DNA of 64,000 bases from Ramazzottius varieornatus (lineage: Eukaryota > Animalia > Tardigrada). The notes beneath the pieces were generated by a model. It was not told the origin of the DNA. It saw only the letters and a list, made by a program, of their open reading frames with translations, and searched no databases. This document shows, one piece after another, positions 39,539 through 56,156 of the stretch. The position numbers and the translations under genes were made by a program. Each line of letters opens with the position of its first letter. Position 1 is the stretch's first letter. The stretch is from contig BDGG01000001.1 in NCBI GenBank assembly GCA_001949185.1, positions 2,807,324 through 2,871,323 on the forward strand, given 5' to 3'.

Positions 39539-40937
39539 ATGTCCAAGCCTAAAAACTTACCCGTATACGTTGTGGATGCTTTTACCAAGTTCCCGTTTAG
39601 TGGAAATCCGGCGGCAGTATGCTTGCTTTCCTCCGAACAGGTATCTCATATCCATACCGTGTCTCGGCTTGCCTGTAGCAGCTGTCCAGCTTGTTGATTC
39701 CGTACTGCAGGATCTTGACGATGCTACAAAACAGAAGATTGCCGCCGAGATGAACCTTTCCGAAACAGCGTTCGTTACTTGCCTCCACACAACAGATAGC
39801 TTTGACTCATGTAAGAATAGTTCGAGGAACTTTTTTATCATCAGTTTTGCTCATCAGTCAAAACGTTTTCGGTCGGTAATTATTTACGAATTACAGCGGT
39901 AACCTTTCGCCTGCGCTGGTTCACGCCATCCGTCGAGGTTGATCTTTGTGGGCATGCTACGCTTGCAGCGGCGACCATCCTCTTTTTTGTCAGTGGTACG
40001 TACTGTTGCCAACTCCTTCGCACCGTTGCAGCCTGAAACTAATACATGGAAGTCGGTGAATGTTTCTAACCAGATCGTTGTCTCAAGTGCCGCATGCTCT
40101 AGCTGCTATTGACCGAAAGCGCGCGCCGCTTGAAAAAACAATTTGGGTGAATTCAATTGCCCACGTCCCTCACATTGTTTTCGCAGGAAACCAAAACCGG
40201 ATGTTGCATTTCGAAACGAGAAGCGGCACCTTACTGGCTATGCATAAAGAAGACTCCATTGCTCTGGGTTTCCCACAAGACCCGCCCATGCCGTTGGACC
40301 AGTGGAACAGGACAAAGATCAAACCACTTCTCGATTACCTTGGGGAGGTAGTTGGCGAGGACTCCGTTATCGATATCCAGTTAGCACCTACATCCCGGAA
40401 ACTGCTGCTCCGCCTTCGCGACAACACCTCCATGCCGACCTTGCAAGGTTTCAGAGTGGACATTCCGACGTCCATCGTGACGTCGAAATCCATCACCGAA
40501 ATCATCCGAGGAGTGATCCTGACAGTCAAGGGATCGGTTGAAAACCAGGCTGTCGACGGCGAGGGAGTACCTTATGACTTTGTGTCCCGATACTTTGCTC
40601 CATTTGTCGGCATACCAGAGGATCCTGTCACAGGCTCGGTTTGTATCACCTTTCAGTCGCGCCGACGAGCAGTCTGGTTAACACCTTGTTGTTTCATTCA
40701 GGCACATACAGTGTTGGGTCCCTACTGGAATAACCTACAAAACAAGAATACTCTTTACGGTAAGAGGAAAGACAAAGAATCTTCGCAAAATACTCTTACT
40801 TTCCACCCGGAATGTCTTTTGCAGCTTTCCAATGCAGTAGTCGCGGAGGAAGTTTACAGCTCACGCTGCAGCCCAATAACAGGATCGAGATTACCGGACA
40901 TAGCCGTATCGTGCTCCGTGGAGTGTTGGAGATCTGA
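39539..40937 (+). CDS. PBLD: PhzF / phenazine biosynthesis-like (PBLD) isomerase-family protein
   Basis: [67 protein letters not shown]|AH, RGG. Spliced. Confidence 0.93.
40050..40170. repeat. Intronic palindrome family A copy (PBLD intron)
   Basis: ccagatcgttgtctcaagtgccgca-N27-cgcgccgcttgaaaaaac..aattcaattgcccacgtccc. Confidence 0.85.
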
Positions 40938-41515
40938 AGAGTCTCAGAGCTCTTTTAGAAATGGGTCCTCAAGCCCTAAATACTAGATGAAGAGTAGCAT
41001 ACGACAAAAGCAGATCCCTCGATGATCATAATTATTCTCAAAAACAATGACTTCCGGGCGCTCCTGCGATCCTTGCTGAAAGCGTCATTTGCGATGTTGC
41101 GATTCCGTTCTGTCTGAGTTGATTTACACTCTGTTGATTGCCTGTCTGCGCAGCCTGGCTACGCTTACGTATGCACTACGAGTCTACGTCTCTACGACCA
41201 CGAGCAAAATAAAGTGTTTTGTCTTCGAAATCTGGAGCGATACCTCTTCGTCTCATCTGAATGTTTTCTCTCCTTTAACCTTAGGTACTTCTATTCGATC
41301 GTGGTATCCACAGTATCAGCTTGGGCAGCAGCGCGGTGTGAGGACGCGAATTTTGTACTCCAGACCTTGTACTGGATCAGCTGTTCGATTCGAACCCACT
41401 GGGATCACTCTGTCCATCTCGCTTCCACAACATACTGCACTAGTGGATGTGCTGAAAGTTATCGTAACCTTGTCTAGTTCTGCTTGTTAGTCTAGACTCC
41501 CGGACGGAACGAAGG

Positions 41516-44066
41516 ATGGCGCTTCGACAGGCGGCCGTTTCTGCGTTCAGAGTACGAGATGTCAAATCCGCAGCTACCCACTGGAAGAAGGCCCGAGCTC
41601 CGTCCTTGGATGACTTTCACCGACGGACACTATATGCGCTCCTTCAGCACCCCAAACCTAACCCAGCTCCGTATCCAGTGAGTTCTGCATCGAGCAGCAA
41701 GTCGGGGGATGGAGACTCGAATGGATCCAGGAGGGTGACCGGCGACCGGAAGTCACGATCTGCTGCAGGGTCGGGCTCTGGTTCTGGGGTAGGGGCATCT
41801 TCGTCTGGTGGAAACACTGGGAATGGAGACAGTGGAGCGCTGAAATGTCCGAAATGTGGAGAAAGCTGTATACATGTCGAAACGTTTGTTTGTAAGTCGG
41901 TTTGTAAACTTCAGACGTACATAACAAAAATTGTGTAATGTGGAATATTACAGTCGTTGTTCATTACGAATGTTTCTTCTTTAGCGTCGACAAGGTTCGT
42001 AAAGTGTGAAAATTGCCATCACTTCTTCGTGGTCCTTAGCGAAATGGATTCAAAGAAGACGCTGAAGGATGGTGTAGCAGATAAATCGACTAAAAGAAAG
42101 CCACCACCTGCACCGAAAAAGGTACCAATCAACCTTATCTTCCACTTTGTTTAAGGGTGAAATATCTAACCAGTTTTGCTTCGCAGATCTTCGACTTTTT
42201 GAGCAAGTACGTTGTGGGACAGGATCACGCCAAGAAGGTCCTATCCGTGGCTGTTTACAACCACTACAAGCGCCTCAGCAAGAACCTCCCTCCCCCACCA
42301 GCTACTAACAAAACAGCAAGGTCCGCGGACAGCCATACAACTGTGGATGTTCGGAATATGAACAGCTTCTCACATCGAGGTATGATTGTTAATCGTAAGT
42401 ATTCTTCTCAATTTAGTTTTACACTTCGGAGTTATTTTTGTGGTTGCAGATTTGCTGCATATCGCCGGTCTGAATCCCGGAAGTCCTCTAGGCGCTCACC
42501 TCCAGCAAGAAATGGACGATCAGCGTGAGAAAACTGCTGCTTTGCAGAAGCCACAGAACATCTCCGACGTGATCGAATCGGAGACTTACGAAGTCAAGCT
42601 AGACAAGTCGAATGTTCTGATGGTGGGTCCCACGGGATCTGGCAAGACACTGCTGGCCCAGACCATCGCACGCTGCTTGGATGTCCCCATTGCCATCTGT
42701 GATTGTACGACGCTGACGCAAGCTGGCTACGTCGGCGAAGACATTGAGTCGGTCATCGCCAAGCTGTTGAGCGATGCCGGCGGAAATGTCCCCAAGGCCG
42801 AACAAGGCATCGTCTTTTTGGACGAAATCGACAAGATCGGCGCTGTACCCGGTGTGCATCAGTTACGGGACGTCGGCGGTGAAGGCGTTCAGCAGGTATG
42901 TATCAAAGCTTCAACAACATAATACAAGTTCGATGTTTCGTTGGCATGCCTACATAATCAGGCTCAGCGCTGTAGACTCATTTGACTCGTTCTATTGACA
43001 TGTATCTCGGCCATTTTTCTACGCAAATTGTTGACAGGGCCGTACCGGGCACCACCATGTCTGCTGTTTTCGTTGACATTTTGTAGTACAGGGCTGAATG
43101 AGCTAAGTGAGTCCTCGTTGTTGGTAACGTCGGATTGACAACTCTTCCGCTCTTTTCAGGGTCTTCTGAAAATCTTGGAAGGAACGATCGTTAACGTTCC
43201 CGAGAGAAGCGGTAGCAGAAAGCTTCGCGGAGAGACAGTCCCGGTTGATACCACCAATATCTTATTCATTGGTTCTGGTGCGTTTAACGGTCTTGACAGA
43301 ATAGTCAGCAGGCGGAAGAATGAAAAGGTAAGGAGTAATCTGACACACCTGCAGCTAGTATACTTGGCTGTTCTAGTGATGGGTCAGTGATAAGCTTTAT
43401 CTGTTTTGTAGTATTTGGGATTCGGCGCAATGAGCAACGCGATGAAGGGTAACCGTCGGGAAGCTGCCCAGGAGAGCCTCAAGGAAGGTTCCGGTTCGGG
43501 CAACGTTGTTGAAGATAACGCGGAAAAGGACGCGTTGTTACGGGATGTTGAAGCCAGAGATTTGATTGACTTCGGACTAATACCCGAGTTTGTGGGTCGC
43601 TTACCCATTTTGGTCCCCTTCCACAATCTGAGCGTTGAGATGCTTGTACAGATTTTAACTGAGCCCAGGAACGCACTTATTCCTCAGTTTCAAACGCTTT
43701 TCGGAATGGATAGTGTAAGTTCAAGTCAAACTTGCTATTCTGCACTTCTCTCCGTAGTTTTGTCCTGCAGATTGCTTTTCGTTGTAGGTCGACTTAAAGT
43801 TCTCCGAGCCGGCCATCAAGGCCATTGCCACGAAAGCCTTAGCCCGGAAGACTGGAGCTCGAGGCCTGCGTTCCATCCTGGAGTCTCTTCTGCTGGACGC
43901 CATGTTCGAGACTCCCGGGTCGGCCATCAGTTCGGTGAATGTCGACGAGGATGTGGTGGCCGGAAAGAAACACCTGGAGTATATCATGAAGGTGGTCGAG
44001 ACCGTGACTGACGACCTAAAGCAGGAAGCTGATATGGAACCGAGCAAAGAACGAGCCAGTAATTGA
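41516..44066 (+). CDS. CLPX: Mitochondrial ATP-dependent Clp protease ATP-binding subunit ClpX
   Basis: Basic transit-peptide-like N-terminus, zinc finger [30 protein letters not shown], Walker A GPTGSGKT, Walker [21 protein letters not shown] loop, [11 protein letters not shown]. Start codon approximate. Confidence 0.95.
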
Positions 44067-44856
44067 TAGAATATATTCTCCAATCATCTGCTTGCACATT
44101 GTTGTTATGACTAGTGCTCTGAGTCTACGATACTGTAAACACTTTAAATTCTCATTGCATCTTGGCTTCGAGAACATACAAAAGTGAATTAAGTTATTCC
44201 TGTTGATTACACAGTACAGCTTAAAGCCGTGCCATCTCTTTTTATCTTTCATTTCTTCCGTATGCTTCAAACGAATTGGCACTCCAACAAAAAATATTGT
44301 GTTGAATATGTAGGGTCTGGAACTTCGCTTTTGGTAGTGTCCACGAGTTCCTCGCTTGGAAATCCTGACTGGCGAACCTGCTGCTTGACCAGCGAGTGCT
44401 CCTTACTCTTTCGTTGTCGTTTTCAAACCCGAAAATTTCGGTTCCCTTGCCTGCGACCATACCACGTAGAACGCTCCCGATCCCGTTCGATCTCGGAAGA
44501 TAAGCTTCGTCGGGCCCGGTCAGTACTAAGATGGGTGACCGCTTGGGAACACCGGGTGTTGCACGCTTTTTTTTGCTGGTCATCTGGCCGTATCGCAAAG
44601 TCGTAAACGTAATACAGCTGGCCTTTTTTCTCGGCGACAAGTAAAATCGATTTTCCTTTGTTCCAACATTTTGGTAAGGTCCGTCGATGCTCCGTGTTGC
44701 GTTTGTACTCGATGACCTGGGGCTGTCTTGGCCTTGGGGCTACCAGTCGGATGTCACACTTTTCCTGCGACTGCATTGCATAACTTCGGTGGAAGGAGGA
44801 CGAATGGCTGGACTGTGATTACACTCTATATTCTATGCAGGGCACCGTCGCTTCGG

Positions 44857-46790
44857 ATGCTGGAGGACCACAACTCTCCTGATACCCCATCCCGAATTAA
44901 TCATAATTATGACGGATACACGGACATTCCCCCAGAGGGAATATGGGAAACAACGGCAGAACTTACTCCGAATATGCGGGTGAGCGTTCGCTGCTTAAAT
45001 GTTATCCAACCTCTACAATGTACCATATGTGCTTTCTAGGATGACGCTTAAGTCTGTAGTGGACAAATTCTGCTTCAATGGTGTACTGGACGAGACGGAT
45101 ACTGACGTGGAAAACCTGCTGATAGTTCTGGAGAATATCTTGATGCATCGATGTACTAAAAGTAAACTGCGCAGCTGACTTTTTGCTTGCGGCTTGAAAC
45201 CTCATACGCTGACTGGTTCTCGTCTACGCTAACCATAAACTACTGCTTTTACTAATGAATATGTTTGCTGATAATGAGGGAAAGTTCACTCATTTTTGCA
45301 GAGTTGCCGTCGACGTGGTTCTCCGAAGAAGTCCCTTCTTATTGGCCATGCGTGGTACAATGCTGCTCCAAGATGACTCGAAGCTGCGTTCCCGCAGTGA
45401 TGGCCATGGATCGACGGCTAACTGGCTTGACACTCGTAAGCGAGCTCAATCTGTGCTCATGCTTGGCCAGAAAAGCGAAAGGGAGCTACCATAATGTGTT
45501 TTACAGGGTCGTATTTTTCTGCGGATAGCTTTGATGGAAAAACGGCTACCGGAATACTTGTCGGAGCTGGTAACCACGGAATCACGCGAAGTACTCCACA
45601 AGGCATACCACCACGAAGCCTTCATGCTACGAGACGAGGGTGTTTCATTGACTCACATGTGCTTGGGATTGAACAGCATCGACTTCAGGTATACCGCAGA
45701 TTAGCAGCATGTCATGATATGTCTTCCTACAGTCCGAAATAGGCTGGCGACCCATTTCGAATTTACCCCTTCGTATTTTTCTAGTTTCTGTGTGAAAGGG
45801 GAGGATCTCGCTCATCAGTATGTTCCATGGTAAGAATGGTTGATTTTGTCGTTCGCCGAATCGCTTTCTTATCAACCGGTTTACATGCAGCATTGATTTT
45901 ACTCCATATTTGGATTTCCAACCATGGTGAGTTCAGTTGGGGTTGACGTCGGCGGAGTGTTCGTTTCTCATGCCATTTACTCTGGTTAAAGATAGGCATC
46001 TTAATAGCCTTCTTTGTAGTGAACAAGCCGAACTTGATGACGAGCACGAGCAAGCGGTTCTTAACGGGCAGATTCCACGATTGGCCGATACAGCTTCGCC
46101 GGACAACTCCGCTGAAGACTCGTGGCGTCTCAAATACCAGACGCTGTACAACAAATACAGAGACCTCGCCCAGCAAAAGGTCTGTAAGAGTTCGTCCTTG
46201 AACGAGATACCTTTTACGGTACAATCATCTCGTGCTGCAGTGAATATTTGCTCTATAATACAGAACTATGCAGAAGAGATGGTGAACCTTAAACAAGGCA
46301 GAATCGAAAGGCTGGAATTCGATCTTGCAGCTGCGCAAGGCGACGCCGAAGCGACGAAGACAACGCACGCTCGAGAGATTAATAAGCTGCAGAACATCAT
46401 CTTGGAACTGCAGTCCGAACTGTAAGTATCATTCCTCTGTCTGTACATGCGAAAAACTAATGGTTAACATCATCGTTTTGGGGGCGTAGGTCCAGCGCAA
46501 GGACAGACCGGCCTCTGAACGACCGGAAGCGCCTCGAGACATTTTTCACCGGTCTCTCAAGGAACGGAAAATTCCACGAGTCCATCGCATTAGAGAGCAT
46601 TCCGATCGACCGCGACCAGTTCTCGTCCGAGGTGTCTTCGGAAGATGACACTGTTAGTATGTTAGGCGACCACGAGGAAACACCGTACGGCAGTACTGAC
46701 TACGGTCCTGACGGACTGTTGCGTACTAACTCTGAAGAATTCACGCCGTCCAAATCAAACAAGGCTGGTTCTTCCAAAGATACCAAGTGA
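44857..46790 (+). CDS. RUNDC3: RUN domain-containing protein 3 (RPIP8/RPIP9-like) with coiled coil
   Basis: LENILMHR, GRIFLRIALMEKRLPEYL, FMLRDEG, GLNSIDF|SFCVKGE, IDFTPYL, W..KY....QK|NYAEEMV.L. An upstream exon is possible (acceptor at ~44840). Confidence 0.85.
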
Positions 46791-47397
46791 TAATATGTCC
46801 ATAGTTATCCTCGTCTTTCTTTTTCTCGTTCTACCGTTTTATCGTCTCACTTTCCTAGGTTCAATCTGTATATAATTGCTATTTAGAAGTATCGTGGTAC
46901 TCGCGAACTTTATTAGCATGCGATGTTTTACTCGCTCCATCGTCTTTTGGGTCATTTTTAATGTTCTAGGGTTTTTCGTTGCCCGTTGATTCTGTCTTAA
47001 TGTTTTGATCGGTTTTCCCGGACTCCTCCTTCCATATTCCGCCTCCCGCGGCGCTCATAACAGTGCTGCGATGTTGTCCGTGCTATGAAGTCCGAAAAGC
47101 GACCCAACTTGGCTGCGCGAAACGACCACCTATACTATAAAAGTAATCTAATGTACAACGAGATATCACGAGGAAAAAGAAGCCGACAACAAAAAACATC
47201 CTTGGCAATCGCACATCAACAAATTAGTTTAAATTCCTCAAGTTCGATAGAGGACTATGTAAGTACACCATTACGGAAGAGCACCAAAACTGAGGACTGC
47301 TTAAGCAAAAAGTAAAATAGTAATAAGCTCTGTCTGATCACCAGGCCTTTCATCAAGTAAACATCATGCACTTCCGTTCAATAGAGAGTTCGAGACT

Positions 47398-50002
47398 TTA
47401 CTGCTGAGCACAGTTTGGCGGTCCATTGATAACCACACCAGCACCTGCCGCGTTGGCTTGATTCTGGATCCAGTCCCCCAATATCATGGTCCAGGGATCA
47501 GCATTCATTCTTCGTTGGTTAGCGTCAGTTGCCCGTGTCACATCCTCCACTTCAGTACCAATCGGACCGGAAGCCGGTTCCGCACCGGCGGGAGACCTTC
47601 TTGCTGGTTCCTCAGTCTCGTCCTTCTCCTCAACCGCTCGAGGAGCCCAAAGCCGAACTACAACAACAAAACTCGATAAGAATCTTTCAACTTCGAGCAG
47701 TTCGCTCTTATAGTCACGTTTCCACCTTCATTATCTATGCCACTGGTAGCAATGACACAGGAAGTCGGATGAGGCTGGAGACAGTTCACGATATTTGAGT
47801 CACCTCGAATAACTGAAAAAGATGACAAATTAACCACTGCAAAGAAGTTAGTGCAAAATCTTTAATTTCCAACCACCTTTCACAAGGTTCGTCGATTTAC
47901 GGTCCCATATGAAGAAAGACCCGTCGTCAGAGCCAGCCATAATAAATTCACCGTTCTGTCCCAAGAAGCCCGCTTCCTTGATATCTGTTGTCGTGTTGCA
48001 GTGCCCCACAAACTTGTTTCGGTAGTCACTGGCGGCTTCCCTCCACTTGATTTCCTGCGTTTCCATCGCTGAAAGCTCTTTGGTCTGCTGACGAGATCTC
48101 TTACCGTTGCGGTTAGCCTTTAACGCATCGGTGATCTGTTGCTCCAGCTCTAGGAACGACGGACTGGTCACCAATTGTCTGCAAAGAAAGACGAGGGTTA
48201 TCACAAACACATAAACGTTATACAGACGATCGAAATACCGATCATACCGTAATATGGTAGACACAGCCTGGTTACCTTCTGTTGTCGTACTGTCTGTGGA
48301 AATCCTCGCACCATTCCTTGGCTTCTTTCCATCTTTTTACAAGTGCAAGACCCTTGATGAGGCGGAAGTGAGCTTTTTCGTTGGCTGGATCCAGAACATA
48401 CGCCATATATGCGTCCAGCAAAGCTTGGTAGCTATCTGAAAACACACGATCAGCGCTGTGCGACGAGACGAGGCACCCAAAGTCTTGAGTTGAACGTACC
48501 TCCATCCCACTTCCGTTTGATCAATGCAACCGCTCTGTTGGAGTACAGGACGCTGGAGCGCGGACTCATGAGGAGAGCTCGGTTGTAGTAAGCAATGGCC
48601 GAGTTGTGATCACCCCTGAAAAAATAAGAGATTTCGTTAGATGCAGATTATGGATGGAAATTAGAGAGTAAACGGCTCACCTGTGGTAATATTCATTACC
48701 AAGGTCTTTGTTCTTCTGCGCATACTCACTAATCTCTTCTATATTCTTCGACCTCAATGGTGACTGCTCACCAATGGAAAATGTCTTCGCGACCTTGTTC
48801 GAGCTCTCCGACACGGAAAAGAGATAAATCTGTTCGCCACCAATGTTGGACAGGATACTAGTGCCATCCGCGCTAAACCTGACGTCCGTTATGGAGAAGT
48901 TTCTCCACTGATTCCGACTTTCTTGTTCCTTCTGCGGAAGATGCCCAGGGGCGAAATATTTCACACAGCCAGGTTCTAACGGTTCTACCTCCGTGTTGTG
49001 TGAGGAGAGCCATGAATACCGTCGAACCAAACCGCGGCTGTCATCGAACATGTGGTTCGGATAGGTTATGCTGGAGAGTTTCAATTTCCGTCTGTCATAC
49101 ATTCGAGTGAAACAGTCTGTCGCACCGACCGCCATGTAATGCATTTGTACGGGATTACAGGCAATACTCTTGCATTCGGGGTTCGTCATGTACGGGTTAA
49201 GATTGATCAGGACCTGGCGGCAGGTATTTGCATCACAGCGTTTGGGCTCCCGTAAGTCGTACTAGAAACAAAAAACCTTTTTTTCCATGACAGGGCCAAC
49301 ACGACAAGACCCTTTCATCAAGTGGCGAACGCTTGCAGCCAACAGTCGTGCAAAAGCGCCACTTAAGAAAATAACTCTGACTTCCAGATGTTAGCTACCT
49401 GTATCACAAGTCCGTCTTCACCAGCGCTCCAAAAGACCGAAGGTGAGTCGGGAGACACCGCGACACGTTTTACACGGTTAACATGGCAGGAAAAACAGTA
49501 CAGCATTTCTTGGTAATTCACGTCAAACACCCGAACAGTTCCATCAGCCGCGGCGGAGATCACTATGTTGTCCGCGGAACCTGGCAGGAACTTCACCCTG
49601 CAATAAAACCATGTCTTACACAGAGGATTCAAATCGTGCACTAGAATCGATGAGTGATGTTCACCCGAAGATGTTGCCAGTGTGTCCAGTTGCTATCACA
49701 TGTTTCTCCTTCCGGTGGGGGATGTCCCATATGCGCACTCGGTAATCGTCACTCCCGCTGGCCAGCAATGTTCCATCGTGGTTCCACTCGATGCAGTTCA
49801 CACAGCCTTCGTGCCCTTTCAGCTCCCAAAAGAGTCCCAGCCTACGTACAAACTCGACGCTCCACTGCTGCATCCGTCGGAACTGAACAGGCGATATCAG
49901 GCCATAACGAGCTTCGGACTGAAGTGCGTAGGAGCTTCTGATACCAAATGCTCCATATGAACTGCAGGAACTACCCCAGTGGAAGATCGAGTCTATCTCC
50001 AT
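47398..50002 (-). CDS. WDTC1: WD40 and tetratricopeptide repeat protein (WDTC1/adipose-like DCAF)
   Basis: ELKGHEGCVNCIEWNHDGTLLASGSDD, GHTGNIF, RVKR..FWSAGEDG, YFAPGHLP, TPR segment (GNEYYH, LYSNRAVALIKRKW, KAHFRL), FVGHCNTTTDIKEA, GSDDGSFFIWDR, VNCLQPHP..ATSGID, NQRRMNADP. Ends CAQQ*. Start approximate. Confidence 0.92.
49290..49380. repeat. Intronic palindrome family A copy (WDTC1 intron)
   Basis: tcaagtggcgaa-N25-agcgccacttaagaaaa. Confidence 0.7.
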
Positions 50003-50580
50003 AGTTGGTACTGTCGTCACCACCGCAGCAGTCCCAACGCAGCCTTCACTTCCGCTTAATCCTCTTCAACGGCACAGACCTTTGTGAAATTCAGACAGTT
50101 CCCGGCATGGCGAAGCTTTGCAGCTGGTATCCGCTGGATCTTCTCTACTGGGCAACGTGTAAACGGACCTGGACCAGAAGAAGCGGCGGAACGATGGTCC
50201 AATTAACAACACATAATGCGGAACAGACATACTAGTTATAACTAATTTTTGTTAATCAATTTTTCAGGTACAAGGATCGCAAGGGCGAAATTGCGATTAT
50301 CTCAACCGAGATCACCCCTCAACAAAGGGGACAGATCTTTTCTGGCTGCCAGACTTTGGTTTCCACCGGGCCACAGGCGATCTTCAGCGGAAGCTGGTTA
50401 GTCCACCCGGTTCGGACTCTTGGTGAAAAGGTAAACAATGAACAGCTGTTGGCCAGTTTGTAACAAGCGTCTGTTCGCCGGAAGTTAATGAATCCACCCT
50501 CTCCTCATCATTTCTTGGGCAGTTTCCTCTGGTCATTATTTCTCATGCTCACGGAGGTGTGAACGATTAAGGAACCGATT

Positions 50581-54238
<3,658 letters not shown>

Positions 54239-54496
54239 AGGTACTGTGTTGGATTCGCCATCTCAAGATGTGAGCGTAATCCTTCATGATTGCGGTTTTA
54301 GTTTCACAAAAAAGAAATCTTCCTATGCTCACGTCTTTCGAAACTTTAGGTGCCCATTCTTCCCAGTGTCTGCAGTTGTTAATTAGCATAATCTCATGTA
54401 ATCACAACATAAAAATGCTTCAAAAGGTGATCATGACAAGAACTCAGCCACCAAGAAGTTTGAACTGACTGAGCAGCAATCTCGTGTCCGACTGAC

Positions 54497-54896
54497 TCAG
54501 GGATTTGACGAAATCCACCTTTCTTCGACTACCTCCTCTTTCGTTTCCTCCAGGGGACAGCAGCGATAGCCGAATCTCACAGTGTAGTTCCCGGCTATCG
54601 TTTCGTCTTCTGCGATAGATAAGAACGTTAGGTCGCAAAGTTCTCTAATCTTGCGCGTGAAGTAATTACTCGAGCAACTCATTACTTGTCAAGGTTTTGA
54701 GCCAAGCGGCCACGCTGTGAAGGTGCCGTGATATCTGCTCGGCTATTCCTAGCGACTCCCGAACCGGAACGAAGGCAACCGTGGAGTTCCGTTTGGTAGT
54801 TTCTGTACTTATAGACTGGGAATAAGAAAAAGCAGGAAAAGCGGTTGATATCACCAGAATGACGCAGTAAACCCAAAGCAGGATATTGGCAAACAT
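54497..54896 (-). CDS. Small orphan secreted protein (~107 aa), 2 exons (54896-54686, 54609-54497)
   Basis: Signal peptide MFANILLWVYCVILVISTAFPAFS, a KR site and an amphipathic helix IAEQISRHLHSVAAWLKTL. A 76-nt GT-AG intron keeps frame into KDETIAGNYTVRFGYRCCPLEE..SNP*. Confidence 0.45.
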
Positions 54897-56156
54897 TTTT
54901 AATGGAAAATGATGGCTAGTAGGCCGTGGTAGTACAGGGTGCGGAAGGCAGCCTAACCATTTTTACGACCCAGACTATCGGTCGTAGCAAAGCCCCACAG
55001 GTTCTTCATGCACCAGACCTAACGCATTGCTTTTTGTTAGTTTTCCGAAGGAACGCCGTCCGGTGGAAATAACCATTCCCGGCGCGGTAAATATGAAGAG
55101 GCTTGTTGAGAATTTGCACATAATGCAATATTTGCGACCGGTTGTTGTTTACGTTCTGTTGAAGTGTTCTAGATTGGACCGTGCCGGCTGGGTTATAGGG
55201 AATTTCATCGATCAACTTCGCTGTGTCATTCCAATTTGCCTAGCAGAAAATTTGTTGACAGGTGACAGCCTTTCATCGAGGTCTTGAAAGAGATGGGTAG
55301 TTCGCCGAGGATGCCGGCTGAATTCGTCAATTAGTTTGTCTTTGCGTTTGATTGGGACTGCAGCGCATTATCGAACAATGGATGAAGACCGGTCAAGCTA
55401 GTTAAATAGCAGCGCAAACAGATTCTACGGCACGGCGGGCTCAATGAGGGTTCCACGCCGATAAATTGATCAAGACAGTTGGAACCGGTTTGACAAACGC
55501 ACTTAGCAATTTGAACGCAGGCGACTGCCCGGAGGGCTTGGGCATCTTACGGTACTGCATATCAAAAGAGATATTCGTGATATTCGGTGCGATAATGATT
55601 GATGATGTTGCAATTTTTCTTTTAGGGATTCTGCTCACCTCTGTTCTTCCAAAAGAACCGCGCTAACTTCCGGTGAGTCTTTATTCCTGCCTTTCATGGT
55701 TGTACAATAACACGAATTTGCATGCAAAGTTACAGTTACAGACTCGTCTATCAGCATCTTTTGCATATTCTATTCACTCCGGTTCATCATATTTTTCGAT
55801 ACTCGAATGCGATCAGTATCAGTTATACCGCCGCCGTCATTCATTTGAGTCATTTGTAAATGTCTGATCGTGCGACTGCGGTGGAGTTTGAAAATACCAA
55901 GTAAAGAGCATGCGTTCGATCACGAGCTCTACGGACGAGTGCTATAATTCCACACATCCGCTGTGACCGAAAGCTGCCAGTATCTTCGACAGATACAGTA
56001 CCTCATGTTCGCAGTTCCTCGTTTCATAAGTCGAACTAAAATCATACATCCGTCGGGTTTTATGTAGCACAAATGTGATAGTCTCTGGTTTTCGACATTT
56101 TTATTTTTGAAATTGTATTCTATTACTTCTGTCTTTAGAGTCTCGGGTCGCTGAAA

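Noticed and set aside
39539-44066. PhzF and ClpX as horizontally acquired bacterial genes
   Set aside because: Both have multiple spliceosomal introns and are standard animal genes (PBLD, mitochondrial CLPX).
44229-44776. ORFs between CLPX and RUNDC3
   Set aside because: No recognisable product; may be UTR, promoter or decayed sequence.
55000-55700. Fragmentary minus-strand coding-like sequence
   Set aside because: Multiple stops and no identifiable homology.
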